DNA from: Dehalococcoides mccartyi
GTDB lineage: Bacteria > Chloroflexota > Dehalococcoidia > UBA2979
DNA length: 56,095 nucleotides
Reading direction: 5' to 3'
Assembly (NCBI GenBank): GCA_945888895.1
Contig: CAMDAY010000001.1
Span: 1-56,095, forward strand
Of this stretch, positions 44,346 through 53,567 are shown piece after piece. Made by a program: the position numbers and the translations under genes. The notes under the pieces are model-generated. The model ran no database searches, was not told where the DNA came from, and worked only from the letters and a program-made list of their open reading frames with translations. The first letter of the stretch is position 1. Every line of letters begins with the position of its first letter.

Positions 44346-45815
44346 TCAGGCGCGCGGGCCGTCCGTCTTCGTCCCGATCGCGAGCACCAGGCCGACCACA
44401 GCGTAGCCGGTGACCATCAGGTAGGAGATGCGCCAGCCGGTCATGAACGCGTCGGTTGCACCCGCGCTCTCCGCGACCTGGCTGAGGGGGATGTCGAAGC
44501 CGTTCGTCGCCATGATCGCGACGACCACGCCGGAGGCGATCGCCTGTCCCGCCACATTGCCGACGTTCCGGGTGAGGTTTGTGAAGGCGCCCACGACGCC
44601 GAGTCTCGAGGCGGGGACGGAGCCCATGATCACGCTGTTGTTGGGGACGTTCCATAGCCCCGTGGAGAGCCCGTTCACGAACAGCAGGACCATCACCATC
44701 CAGACCGGGGTGGCTTGAGAGAAGAACGCGACGGGCAGCGACGTTGCGACCAGCACGAAGAACCCGATCGCGGTGAACAGCCGCGAACCGAAGCGATCCG
44801 AGAGCCGCCCGGCCGCCTGTCCGGCGAATCCCATGCCGAGCGAACTGAGGAAGAGCACGCCGCCCGCCGCGCCCTCCTCGAGGCCGCGGAGGCTGATCAG
44901 GTAGATCGGCATCAGGAATCGCGTCGGCGTGATCGCCATGAAGCCGAGGAGCCTCGTCAGCAGCGCGAGGCTGAAGACGCCGTTGCGGAACAGGCGCATC
45001 TCCAGCATCGGCGCGGGTACGCGCAGTTCCCAGAGGACGAAAGCCGCGAGCAGCACCGCGCCGCCGAGCAGTCCGCCGAGGATGGTGGGAGAGAGCCAGG
45101 GATCGACGCGCGGATTATTGATCACCACGACGAGCAGAATGATCGCGAGCGCCGACAGGATCGCACCGCCCCAGTCAAAGGCGGGGCGCGTAGTCCGGCG
45201 GTTCGGCTGCATGCGCTGGTCGTCCAGAATGAATGACCCCGCGACGAACGCGACGGCGATCGGGAGCACGAGCATCAGGAAGAGCGTCTGCCACGGCATG
45301 AACTGGAGGAGCAGTCCGCCCACGATCGGCCCGGACGCCCCGCCGATCGCCACCGCCGACGACTGACTGCCGATCGCCGTTCCACGTTCTCCGGGCGGGA
45401 AGACCGCGACGACCATCGCGGTGCCGACGGACTGGCTCATCGCGCTGCCCGCTGCCATCACGACGCGCGCAAGGATCAGCAGGCCGAAGGTCCAGGCGAG
45501 GGCGGTGAAGGCGGAGCCCGCGCCGAAGAGCACCAGTCCGACGAGGTGGATGCGCTTCCACCCCACGATGTCCGCGAGTCGGCCCATGGGCATCATCAGC
45601 GCGCTGATCGTCAATGCCTCGGCGATCACGACCCACGTCACCACGCGCAACGTAATCCCGAAATCCTCGGCGATCGCGGCCAGTGCGACGAAGACCATGG
45701 ACTGGCTCATCACCATTGTGACGAAGGAGATCGCGATCGCACCGAACGCCCGCCATTTCTGCGAGTCGTCCGAGGTGGGCACGGGATGCTCCGGCGAGAC
45801 GCTCGCGGAGGTCAT
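44346..45815 (-). CDS. MFS transporter, DHA2 (14-TMS, EmrB/QacA-like) drug/metabolite exporter
   Basis: ATG at 45815 gives 489 aa: 'WRAFGAIAISFVTMVMSQSMVFVALAAIAEDFG' and 'GRLADIVGWKRIHLVGL', with about 14 hydrophobic segments. Confidence 0.85.
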   Translation of the reverse strand: MTSASVSPEHPVPTSDDSQKWRAFGAIAISFVTMVMSQSMVFVALAAIAEDFGITLRVVTWVVIAEALTISALMMPMGRLADIVGWKRIHLVGLVLFGAGSAFTALAWTFGLLILARVVMAAGSAMSQSVGTAMVVAVFPPGERGTAIGSQSSAVAIGGASGPIVGGLLLQFMPWQTLFLMLVLPIAVAFVAGSFILDDQRMQPNRRTTRPAFDWGGAILSALAIILLVVVINNPRVDPWLSPTILGGLLGGAVLLAAFVLWELRVPAPMLEMRLFRNGVFSLALLTRLLGFMAITPTRFLMPIYLISLRGLEEGAAGGVLFLSSLGMGFAGQAAGRLSDRFGSRLFTAIGFFVLVATSLPVAFFSQATPVWMVMVLLFVNGLSTGLWNVPNNSVIMGSVPASRLGVVGAFTNLTRNVGNVAGQAIASGVVVAIMATNGFDIPLSQVAESAGATDAFMTGWRISYLMVTGYAVVGLVLAIGTKTDGPRA

Positions 45816-45966
45816 TCCGGAATTGCCTGTAGCGGCTGTCGAATCATCCGGGGAGTCTAGTCCGCCCTCGCCGCCAACCGCGAGTCGAGGCGCTCGAGGC
45901 TCGTGGTCGCTTCGGCGCCCCGCCTGTAGGATGCCGCCAGACCCGAGAACCGAAAGGACGACGTCC

Positions 45967-46368
45967 ATGGCGCTGACCGAGGCACAGAGCGAGTACCTGA
46001 AGAGCCACACGCAGGGGGTACTCGGCACCGGCCGCAAGAACGGCTCACCACAACTCTCGACGATCAACTACATGTTTGACGGTGAGCACGTGTGGATCTC
46101 GGCGACGAAGGACCGTGCGAAGTTCGTGAACGCGATGCGCAACCCGGAGGTCGCGCTGCTCGTGCCGGACAACGGTAAGCAGGTCATCGTCTACGGCACG
46201 GCCGAGGGCATCACGGAGCGCCTGGAGCGGAACAAGCGCACGCGTGCGCTGCGTGCGGTCGGGCCGGCTCCGTCGCCCGACTCCGAGGAGGAACTCGACC
46301 AGCAGCTGGAGTCGGAGGGACGCGTCGTGATCAAGATCACGCCCGTCCGCGCCTTCGATCGGTTGTAG
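45967..46368 (+). CDS. PPOX-class (pyridoxamine-5'-phosphate-oxidase fold) probable F420-dependent enzyme
   Basis: ATG at 45967 gives 133 aa: 'LTEAQSEYLKSHTQGVLGTGRKNGSPQLSTINYMFDGEHVWISATKDRAKFVNAMRNPEVALLV'. Confidence 0.7.
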   Translation: MALTEAQSEYLKSHTQGVLGTGRKNGSPQLSTINYMFDGEHVWISATKDRAKFVNAMRNPEVALLVPDNGKQVIVYGTAEGITERLERNKRTRALRAVGPAPSPDSEEELDQQLESEGRVVIKITPVRAFDRL

Positions 46369-46405
46369 CCGAGGCTCCGGTCTCGGCAGCACTCACTGCC
46401 ATCGC

Positions 46406-46433
46406 GAAGCCCGAGGCGTCGGCCTCGGGCTTC
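46406..46433. terminator. bidirectional terminator hairpin
   Basis: GAAGCCCGAGGC-gtcg-GCCTCGGGCTTC is a 12-bp perfect stem followed by tgcgttctt. It lies between the stops at 46368 and 46468. Confidence 0.75.
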
Positions 46434-46467
46434 TGCGTTCTTGGCCCGGGCTGCAACGCGAGGGGGT

Positions 46468-47763
46468 CTAACTGCCGACCAGCGCGTCGGGCTGGCGGAT
46501 CGGCTTCGCTGCCAGAATGAGCAGGATCGCGATGCCTGCCGCGGCGGCGAACGTGAGGAAGGCGATGCGGTAGCTGTTCGTCACGTCGAAGATCCAGCCG
46601 GCGTAGATCGGGCCGCTCACCGTGCCGATCACCAGCACTGAGCCCATGAATCCCTGGATCGTCGCGAACGACCGCCGCCCGAAGTACTCGCTCCGCATCG
46701 CGAACATCATCGTCGCCAGCCCGCCGTAGGCGGGCGCGTACAGGATGAGCGCGAGCCCGACGTGCCAGAGTTCCGTCGAGAACGCGAGCACCAGCAGCCC
46801 CAGCGACAGTGAGCACAGGCCACCGGTGACGACGTAGCGCTTTGGGAAGAGGTCGCCGAGCCACCCGAACGCGATGCGCCCCGTGATGCCGATGACGCCG
46901 ACCGCCGTCAGCATGAGCCCGGCGGTGCCTAGTCCAGCGCCGATATCGGTGAGGAACGGGATGAAGTGCAGCGCGACCGATCCGGTCACACCGACACGGA
47001 TCGAAAAGGCGAACGACATCAGCCAGAACGCGGGCGTCCGCAACGCTTCGCGGGTCGTCAGTCCATCCTCGGTGGTGGGGATGGCCTCGGTCACCGTGGT
47101 GGCGCCTGAGGGCGGGGCGAGGGGCTCGCCGTCGGGGAGGTAGCCGTACTGCTCGGGCTTGTGTCGCATCACGGCGGCGAGCGGGAGGCCGAGGCAGAGC
47201 ACCAGCGCCGCGAGGATCAGCAGCGCCTGCCGCCAGCCGAACTGCAGGATCAGCAGCGTGACGACCGGCACCATCGCGCTGCCGAGGCCGTTGCCCGCGA
47301 GCATGATCCCGAGCATTCGGCTGCGCTTCCGGCTGAACCAGTTCACCACCGCCGCCGCCGACGGTGCGACCGAGGAAAGCGAGCTGCCGAAGGAGAGGAA
47401 CAGCACGAATACGATGTAGAACATCGGCACGGAGTTCACAAAGCTCATCAGCGCAAGCCCGATCGCCATCAGGGGGATGCCGGCGAACAGCACGCGCCTC
47501 GGCCCGAAGCGGTCGATCAGCCAGCCCTCGATCGGGCCGATCAGGCCACCCTCGAGCCGCGCGAGTGAGAACGCCCCCGCGAGAACCGCGCGGGTCGTCC
47601 CCAGCTCCTCGGTAATGGTCTTGAAGAAGGCGCCGAAGCCGTAGAAGTAGATCCCGCCGTTCACGACGCAGAGCATGAAGCCCGCGGCGGTGATCCAGTA
47701 ACCGAAGAAGATGCCGCCTGACGTGCCGGTGGGCTGTTGCGGGGCTGCCACGTCCGGTCGCAT
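46468..47763 (-). CDS. MFS transporter (oxalate/formate-antiporter-like subfamily)
   Basis: 431-aa ORF: 'FGYWITAAGFMLCVV' and 'SLARLEGGLIGPIEGWLIDRFGPRR'. Confidence 0.85.
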   Translation of the reverse strand: MRPDVAAPQQPTGTSGGIFFGYWITAAGFMLCVVNGGIYFYGFGAFFKTITEELGTTRAVLAGAFSLARLEGGLIGPIEGWLIDRFGPRRVLFAGIPLMAIGLALMSFVNSVPMFYIVFVLFLSFGSSLSSVAPSAAAVVNWFSRKRSRMLGIMLAGNGLGSAMVPVVTLLILQFGWRQALLILAALVLCLGLPLAAVMRHKPEQYGYLPDGEPLAPPSGATTVTEAIPTTEDGLTTREALRTPAFWLMSFAFSIRVGVTGSVALHFIPFLTDIGAGLGTAGLMLTAVGVIGITGRIAFGWLGDLFPKRYVVTGGLCSLSLGLLVLAFSTELWHVGLALILYAPAYGGLATMMFAMRSEYFGRRSFATIQGFMGSVLVIGTVSGPIYAGWIFDVTNSYRIAFLTFAAAAGIAILLILAAKPIRQPDALVGS

Positions 47764-47846
47764 CTCGCCTCCCCATCCTCGTCACTCCGTCGGCGCAGGA
47801 TGCCCGCGCCGGCGCCACTGACCTGCGTGCTCGGCCCCGAGGCGGG

Positions 47847-48749
47847 TCAGCGCACGAGGTCGTCCCATACCGGTCGCTCGCGATCCTCGAGTGGCCTGTC
47901 CCATAGGTCGCAGTTGGTGCGGTCCACGATCTGCACCGGGAGCATGATCTCCTTCGGCACGGACTCGCCCCGCAGGACGCGGATGGTCGCCTCGGTGGCG
48001 ATGCCCACGATCTTGTGGGCATCGAAGTCCGCGGTCGCGAGGAGCTTGCCGTTCTTGAGGGCAATGATCGCGTCGGGGATGGCGTTCGCGCCGACGACCA
48101 GGCTCTCGCGCTGCGCCTCGTCGAGTGCCTCGATCGCGCCCAGGGCCATGCTGTCGTTCGCGGCGAGGATGCCATCGACCTTTGGCTGGTCGCGCAGGAT
48201 GGCCTGCATTGCGAGGCGTGCCGGTTCCTGGAGGTATGCCCCGGACCGTGATTCGACGATATGGATGCCCGGGTGCGCCCGCGCCGTCTCGATGAACCCG
48301 CGCACACGTTCGCGGCTGGTGATCGAGCCGGCCGCTCCCTCGAGGATCACGATGTCGCCGCTGCCGCCGAGCTCCTCGAACAGTCGCTGGGCGACTTCGG
48401 CCGCGAGGCGGTAGTCGTCCGAGCCGACGAAGCAGACGTAGTCGTTGGGGCTGCTGAGCTGATTCAGGCAGTTGATCACCGGGATGCCGGCGGCGTTGAC
48501 GCGCCGTACGGCCTCGTCCACGGCGGTCGCGTGCACCGGGACCAGCACGACCGCGTCCGGCCGGTCGCGGATCGCCTGGTCGAGGAGCGCGATCTGCTCG
48601 TCGATGTCGTCGGGCACCTCCGGGACGTAGTCCACGGTCGTCGCACCGAAGGCTTCGGCGGTGCGCGCCGCGCCGAGGCGGGCGGCGTGGTACGCCGGGT
48701 TCACCCGGTTCTTCGTGAAGACGGCGATAGTCGGTCGCTCTGCGCTCAT
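47847..48749 (-). CDS. periplasmic-binding-protein-fold (sugar-binding/LacI-core-like) protein without signal peptide or HTH
   Basis: 300-aa ORF: 'IAVFTKNRVNPAYHAARLGA', 'DAVVLVPV', 'GIPVINC', 'ILEGAAGSITSRERVRGF' and 'DGILAANDSMALGAIEAL'. The N-terminus has no hydrophobic leader. Confidence 0.65.
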   Translation of the reverse strand: MSAERPTIAVFTKNRVNPAYHAARLGAARTAEAFGATTVDYVPEVPDDIDEQIALLDQAIRDRPDAVVLVPVHATAVDEAVRRVNAAGIPVINCLNQLSSPNDYVCFVGSDDYRLAAEVAQRLFEELGGSGDIVILEGAAGSITSRERVRGFIETARAHPGIHIVESRSGAYLQEPARLAMQAILRDQPKVDGILAANDSMALGAIEALDEAQRESLVVGANAIPDAIIALKNGKLLATADFDAHKIVGIATEATIRVLRGESVPKEIMLPVQIVDRTNCDLWDRPLEDRERPVWDDLVR

Positions 48750-48794
48750 GCGCGGCTCCTCATATCGATCCGGCCGGTGAGCGACCCTTGAACG

Positions 48795-49223
48795 CTACCG
48801 GATCGGACGGAACCGTGGGAGGGTCACCTCGGGCGTGACGTCATCGAAGACGATCTCCAGCGGCATGTCGCAGGTGAGCCCTGTCCGCTCCTCGTCGATG
48901 TCAACGAGGTTCGCCATGAGGCGCGGGCCCTCCTCGAGCTCCACGTACGCGACGAGGTAGGGGCGCTCGTCCGCGAAGCCGCGGAAGTACATCTGCCACA
49001 TGTCGATCCAGGACCAGATCTTCGCCCGTCCAGAGACCGGCTTCCACGAGATCGCCTCGCCGAGGCAGTTCGGGCAGCAGAAGGAGGGCGGGAACCACAG
49101 GTGCTGGCAGGCGTCGCACTGCTGGATCACCAGCTCGTGCCGCTTCGTCGCCTCCCAGTAGGGCTGGGTGAGCTTGCGTTCGAGGTCGGGCAGCGGGCGC
49201 TTGTAGGGGGCGTCGTTGGTCAT
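48795..49223 (-). CDS. DUF35 Zn-ribbon/OB-fold protein (thiolase partner)
   Basis: ATG at 49223 follows a GGAGG and gives 142 aa: 'QQCDACQHLWFPPSFCCPNC' and 'PYLVAYVELEEGPRLMANL'. Confidence 0.85.
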   Translation of the reverse strand: MTNDAPYKRPLPDLERKLTQPYWEATKRHELVIQQCDACQHLWFPPSFCCPNCLGEAISWKPVSGRAKIWSWIDMWQMYFRGFADERPYLVAYVELEEGPRLMANLVDIDEERTGLTCDMPLEIVFDDVTPEVTLPRFRPIR

Positions 49224-49227
49224 CGCG

Positions 49228-50397
49228 TTACCTCCGCAGGATGTGCGCCGCCGAGACGGGCGATGTACACGAATAGAGGCCAAACTCGGCGTTGGCCACC
49301 TGCCGGTCGCCGCATTCGCCTCGTAGCTGCCGCACTGCCTCGACGTGCATCGCCCAGCCCTGCATGTAGCTTTCGCTGGTGTGGCCGCCGCTGGTGTTCA
49401 GCGGCAGCTCCCCGGTCAGCGAGATCCGCTCCGGCGTGACCCACGACCCGCTCTCGCCCTTGCCGCAGAAGCCGAGGCCCTCCAGCGAGAACAGCACGGT
49501 CGGCGTGAAGTTGTCGTAGATCTGCGCGAAGTCGATGTCTTTGCGGTCGATGCCCGCCGCGCCGAACAGGTCCGGGGCCATCGAGGACAGCGAGTCGTAA
49601 TAGAAGTTGTCCGACAGGTACTGGGCGGTGAAGTCGGACGTCGACTGCGTCGCGCTGATGTAGATCGGCGGCTGCTTGAGGTCACGTGCGCGCTCGGCGG
49701 AGGTGACGATGATGCAGACGGCGCCGTCGTTGATCAGGCAGTAGTCGAGCAGGCGTAGCGGCTCCGCGATGAAGCGGGTGTTGAGGTAGTCCTCCATCGA
49801 CAGCGGGTTCTTCATCACCGAGATCGGGTTCTTCATCGCGTTGTTGCGGTTGTTGATCGCGAGGTGCCCGAGCGCCTCGGCGGGCGTGCCGTAGAGCGCC
49901 TGGTGGCGACGGTACATGAGGCCATACTGCGCGCCGGGTGAGGTCATGCCGTACGGGACATCGAAGTCGGCCGAGTTGGACTCGGGCCCGCCGCCCTCGC
50001 CGTCGCCACCGTACTTCGCGCCGACGGAGCGTCCGTTGTTGCCATAGATCAACGCGACGGTATCAGCCATGCCGGAGTACACCGCCATCGCGGCGTACTG
50101 GACGCCGAGGCCGGAGTAGCGTCCGCCGCCCGGGAGCGTGCTGGAGAACCGCGGGTGCCGGATGCCGAGGATTTCCGACATGCGCACGGTGTCCGGTACG
50201 CGCGAGGTGAAGATGCCGTCGATGTCGTCGCGCGTGAGGCCGCAGTCCTCGATCGCCGCTTTGAACGCGGTGAGGCCGAGCTGGTAGTTGCTGCGCTGCG
50301 GGTCCAGGTCGCGGTACATCGCTCCGAAGTCGGTAGTGCCGACGCCGACGATGGCGACCTTGTCGCGGAAGTCACGTTTGAGGGTGTCTCGGCTCAT
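49228..50397 (-). CDS. thiolase-like protein (SCP-x / lipid-transfer type)
   Basis: ATG at 50397 follows a GGAGGAG and gives 389 aa: 'VAIVGVGTTDFG', 'DFAQIYDNFTPTVLFSLEGLGFC' and 'LNTSGGHTSE'. The stop lies 4 nt before the DUF35 start. Confidence 0.85.
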   Translation of the reverse strand: MSRDTLKRDFRDKVAIVGVGTTDFGAMYRDLDPQRSNYQLGLTAFKAAIEDCGLTRDDIDGIFTSRVPDTVRMSEILGIRHPRFSSTLPGGGRYSGLGVQYAAMAVYSGMADTVALIYGNNGRSVGAKYGGDGEGGGPESNSADFDVPYGMTSPGAQYGLMYRRHQALYGTPAEALGHLAINNRNNAMKNPISVMKNPLSMEDYLNTRFIAEPLRLLDYCLINDGAVCIIVTSAERARDLKQPPIYISATQSTSDFTAQYLSDNFYYDSLSSMAPDLFGAAGIDRKDIDFAQIYDNFTPTVLFSLEGLGFCGKGESGSWVTPERISLTGELPLNTSGGHTSESYMQGWAMHVEAVRQLRGECGDRQVANAEFGLYSCTSPVSAAHILRR

Positions 50398-50512
50398 GCT
50401 CTCCTCCGATCGCCGGGGCGAGGCCCAGTCCGGGCTCGCGTCGAGGCGGGCGCACAAGCGGTGTAGCACGTTCGCCATCGATCGGCCACGGGTGCGGTGA
50501 TATCGGAGCGGG

Positions 50513-51817
50513 CTAGTGGAGATCGCGGATGGATCGGGTGGCCCAGATGCCGGCAGCGAAGAGGCCGAGGGCGATCGCCACGCCGCCGAGCGCGAGCTGT
50601 GGGCCGAACGCCTCGGCGAGCAGCGCGATCATGAAGATGCCAAGCGACTCGAAGCCATCCTCGAGGACGACGATGCTGCTCACGCGGCCGCGGTATTCGT
50701 CCGAGACGTTGGACTGGATCAGGATCTGGACGAGCGACTGACGACCAGCCTGCCCCACGCCCAGCACGATCACGATCCCGGCGCTGATCCAGAACACGTT
50801 CGACACGGAGAACGCGAGGAGCCCGGTCGCGAGGATCGCGAGGCTGGCGATCAGCAACTTGCCCCGGTTCCGGCTGGGCAGCGATGCGATGAGCAGCGAT
50901 CCGGCAAGCGCCCCGACGGCGGTGAACGACAACAGCGCGCCCATGACCGTCGCGGTCCGATCCCGGTCGCCCCCCGTCAGGACCACATCGACGAATCCGG
51001 GGAGGAGACGCTGGTACGGCAGCGACAAGATGCCGACGACGACGTGCAGGCCCAGCAGGATGCACAGGGTGCGCTGTCCGCGGAGGTAGACCAACGCCTC
51101 CTTGATCGATGCGAGTCCACTCACCTCGGCATGTGGGCCCACCGCGATGGACGGGCTCGTACCGCCGTCGGCGGCGTGCCGTGCGGCGGCACGGGTCATC
51201 GCGTTGGTCTTGGGCACCCGGAACAGCGTGACGAGCCCAAAAAGGAAGAGCGCCGCCATGAGTGCGAAGACCCAGCCCGCGCCGATCGAGGCGATCATCA
51301 CCCCGGCCAGCGCGGGAGCACCCAGGCGCAGGATGTTCATGCCGAACTGGTTCAACGCGAAGGCGTTCATCAGCCGCTCGCGCCCGACGACCTCGGGGAT
51401 CATCGACTGCCGCGCGGGCATCACGAAGGAGTTCACGATGCCCTGGATCAGCGCGCCGACCATCAGGTGTTCGAAGCGCAGCACGTCCGCGAAGAAGAGG
51501 GCCGCGAGCACCGACGCGATGACCGCATTCGACACCTGGCCGATCTGGATGACGACGCGCCGACTCGACCTGTCGGCGACGACGCCGCCATACAGCGCAA
51601 GGAAGATGCGAGGCAGGGAGTTCGCGAGCTCGACCGCGCCGAGGGCAGCGAAGGAATCGGTGAGGTGGTACGCGAGGTAGCCGCGCACGACCATCTGCAT
51701 CAGCTGCGCGGACTGGTTCCCGACCTGCGAGAGCATGTACCACCGGAACGCCGGCACCTCGATCAGCGCGTCGAAGGTGTGGAAGCGGCGCGCCGACCTG
51801 CCGGGTTCGAGGGCCAA
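50513..51817 (-). CDS. MFS transporter (EntS/MFS_3-like)
   Basis: 434-aa ORF with 'FRWYMLSQVGNQSAQLMQMVVRGYLAY' and 'YGGVVADRSSRRVV', and about 12 TM segments. Confidence 0.85.
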   Translation of the reverse strand: MALEPGRSARRFHTFDALIEVPAFRWYMLSQVGNQSAQLMQMVVRGYLAYHLTDSFAALGAVELANSLPRIFLALYGGVVADRSSRRVVIQIGQVSNAVIASVLAALFFADVLRFEHLMVGALIQGIVNSFVMPARQSMIPEVVGRERLMNAFALNQFGMNILRLGAPALAGVMIASIGAGWVFALMAALFLFGLVTLFRVPKTNAMTRAAARHAADGGTSPSIAVGPHAEVSGLASIKEALVYLRGQRTLCILLGLHVVVGILSLPYQRLLPGFVDVVLTGGDRDRTATVMGALLSFTAVGALAGSLLIASLPSRNRGKLLIASLAILATGLLAFSVSNVFWISAGIVIVLGVGQAGRQSLVQILIQSNVSDEYRGRVSSIVVLEDGFESLGIFMIALLAEAFGPQLALGGVAIALGLFAAGIWATRSIRDLH

Positions 51818-51938
51818 GCGTATCTGCTTCCTGCGGTCGCGCCGTGCGGCGTTTCATGCGGCGCACGAGGGCGTCCGCTACGTCGCGCATCCTACAAGAC
51901 GGGGCAACCCCGTCGCGGCGCCGCGAAGCAGCCCGGCG

Positions 51939-52238
51939 CTACGGCACCCCGCCGATGTCGCCGCCTCCGCCGAAGCCGCCACCGAAGTCGCTGCCGCCAC
52001 CATGACCGCCGAAGTCACCGGGATGGTGGTAGCCGGGATCGACACCCGCGCCGAGGTCGCCGTCGAGGCCACCTGGCTGGTGCTGCCCGTCAGGCGTGTG
52101 GTTCATGTAGAAGAGCCCGCCGAGGAGCCACATGGGAGTGCCCCAGAGCGTGGCGTTCGGGTCATCCTTGCGACGGCGGCCCGTCGCCCGGAAGAGCAGG
52201 TACAGCGCTCCGCCCACGACCGCGCCGATGATGAGCAT
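51939..52238 (-). CDS. small two-TM membrane protein with Gly/His/Asp-rich tail
   Basis: ATG at 52238 gives 99 aa: 'MLIIGAVVGGALYLLF..TPMWLLGGLFYM' followed by '..GYHHPGDFGGHGGGSDFGGGFGGGGDIGG'. No family was recognised. Confidence 0.45.
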   Translation of the reverse strand: MLIIGAVVGGALYLLFRATGRRRKDDPNATLWGTPMWLLGGLFYMNHTPDGQHQPGGLDGDLGAGVDPGYHHPGDFGGHGGGSDFGGGFGGGGDIGGVP

Positions 52239-52358
52239 CTCCACGGGGCACCTCGAGACGCGCGGGCGAGGGGCGACAGTCATCGCCGGGCCGCTTGCAT
52301 GTGGAGGATACGCTCGGCGCGTCCCCGCGGACGCACCCGCTGGCGGATTCGACGCGCG

Positions 52359-53444
52359 TCAGGAGAAGTCGCGCAGCGCCGCCAGGGTGCCCTCGTCCAT
52401 CCGGCGCACGATCTCTGCCACCAGGCGAATCGCCTGCTCGACGTCCGACCGGGCGATGACTCCCGTGTGGCTGTGTAGATAGCGGGTCGGCACGACGATG
52501 TTGACGGTGGGCGCGCCGCGGCGGGAGCGCTGCATCGCGGCGCCGTCCTGCCCGTACCCCGTGAGCACGTTGAATTGGAGTGGGATGTCGAGGTCGCCAG
52601 CGACGTCGATCACGAAGTCGCGGAGGAGCAGGTTCGGGAGCATCGAACTGTCGTGGAGGAACAGGCCGGGGCCGTGGCCGAGCCGCTCCTGCGCCTCGTC
52701 CGGGGTGATGCCGGGGTAGTCGCCGGCCACGCCCGACTCGAGGTTGATGCCGAGGTCCGGCTCGACCGCGTACGCGCTGGTCTCCGCACCGCGCAGGCCG
52801 ATCTCCTCCTGCACGGTCGCGACCGCGAAGGTGGTCGCCGGGCCGGGCGCACCGGCACGCAGTTCGCGCATCACCTCGATCATCACGGCGACGCCGACGC
52901 GGTCGTCCCACGCCTTGCCGAGGTACAGCTCACCGCCGGCGAGCGGGGCGAAGCGGCTGTCGGGGACGATCGCGTCGCCGGGACGGATGCCCAGGCGCTC
53001 CTCGGCGTCTCGCTTGTCGTGCGCGCCGACGTCGAGGAACAGGTCGTCGCGCTCGAAGAGCTTCTCGCGCGCCTTCGGCGTCATGACGTGGACGGTCTTG
53101 ATGCCGGTGACACCGAGCACCGGGCCGGCGTGCGTGAGCACCATCCAGCGCTGGTTGACGATCGCCTGGTCGAGCCAGCCGCCCAGGGGCTGAAACTTCA
53201 CGTACCCCTCGTCGGTGATCCGCCGGACCATCAGGCCGAGCTCGTCCATGTGCGCCGTGAGCATCACCCGGGGGTGCCCGTCCGCCGGGCCGAGGCGCGC
53301 GATCAGGGAGCCGAGGCCGTCCGTCTCGATCGCGTCCGCCAGCGGCGTGAGCTCGCGCCGGACGATGGCGCGGACGGGCCCTTCGAACCCGGAGGGGCCG
53401 TAGGCATTCGAGAGCTCTTCGAGCAACGGCTGCACATCGGGCAT
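52359..53444 (-). CDS. M42 family metallo-aminopeptidase (FrvX/glutamyl aminopeptidase-like)
   Basis: 361-aa ORF: 'LSNAYGPSGFEGPVR', 'MLTAHMDELG', 'KAWDDRVGV' and 'TVQEEIGLRGA'. Confidence 0.88.
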   Translation of the reverse strand: MPDVQPLLEELSNAYGPSGFEGPVRAIVRRELTPLADAIETDGLGSLIARLGPADGHPRVMLTAHMDELGLMVRRITDEGYVKFQPLGGWLDQAIVNQRWMVLTHAGPVLGVTGIKTVHVMTPKAREKLFERDDLFLDVGAHDKRDAEERLGIRPGDAIVPDSRFAPLAGGELYLGKAWDDRVGVAVMIEVMRELRAGAPGPATTFAVATVQEEIGLRGAETSAYAVEPDLGINLESGVAGDYPGITPDEAQERLGHGPGLFLHDSSMLPNLLLRDFVIDVAGDLDIPLQFNVLTGYGQDGAAMQRSRRGAPTVNIVVPTRYLHSHTGVIARSDVEQAIRLVAEIVRRMDEGTLAALRDFS

Positions 53445-53567
53445 GGGAATCTCCTCGGGGCGTCCTGCGGCGGTGCCGCCAGCCTAAGTTGCATCGTCTG
53501 GCCTCGCCACAGCCGGCGCTTCGAGGTTGCTCGGCTCGCCTCGCGATTGGCGACTACACTCCCGCGG

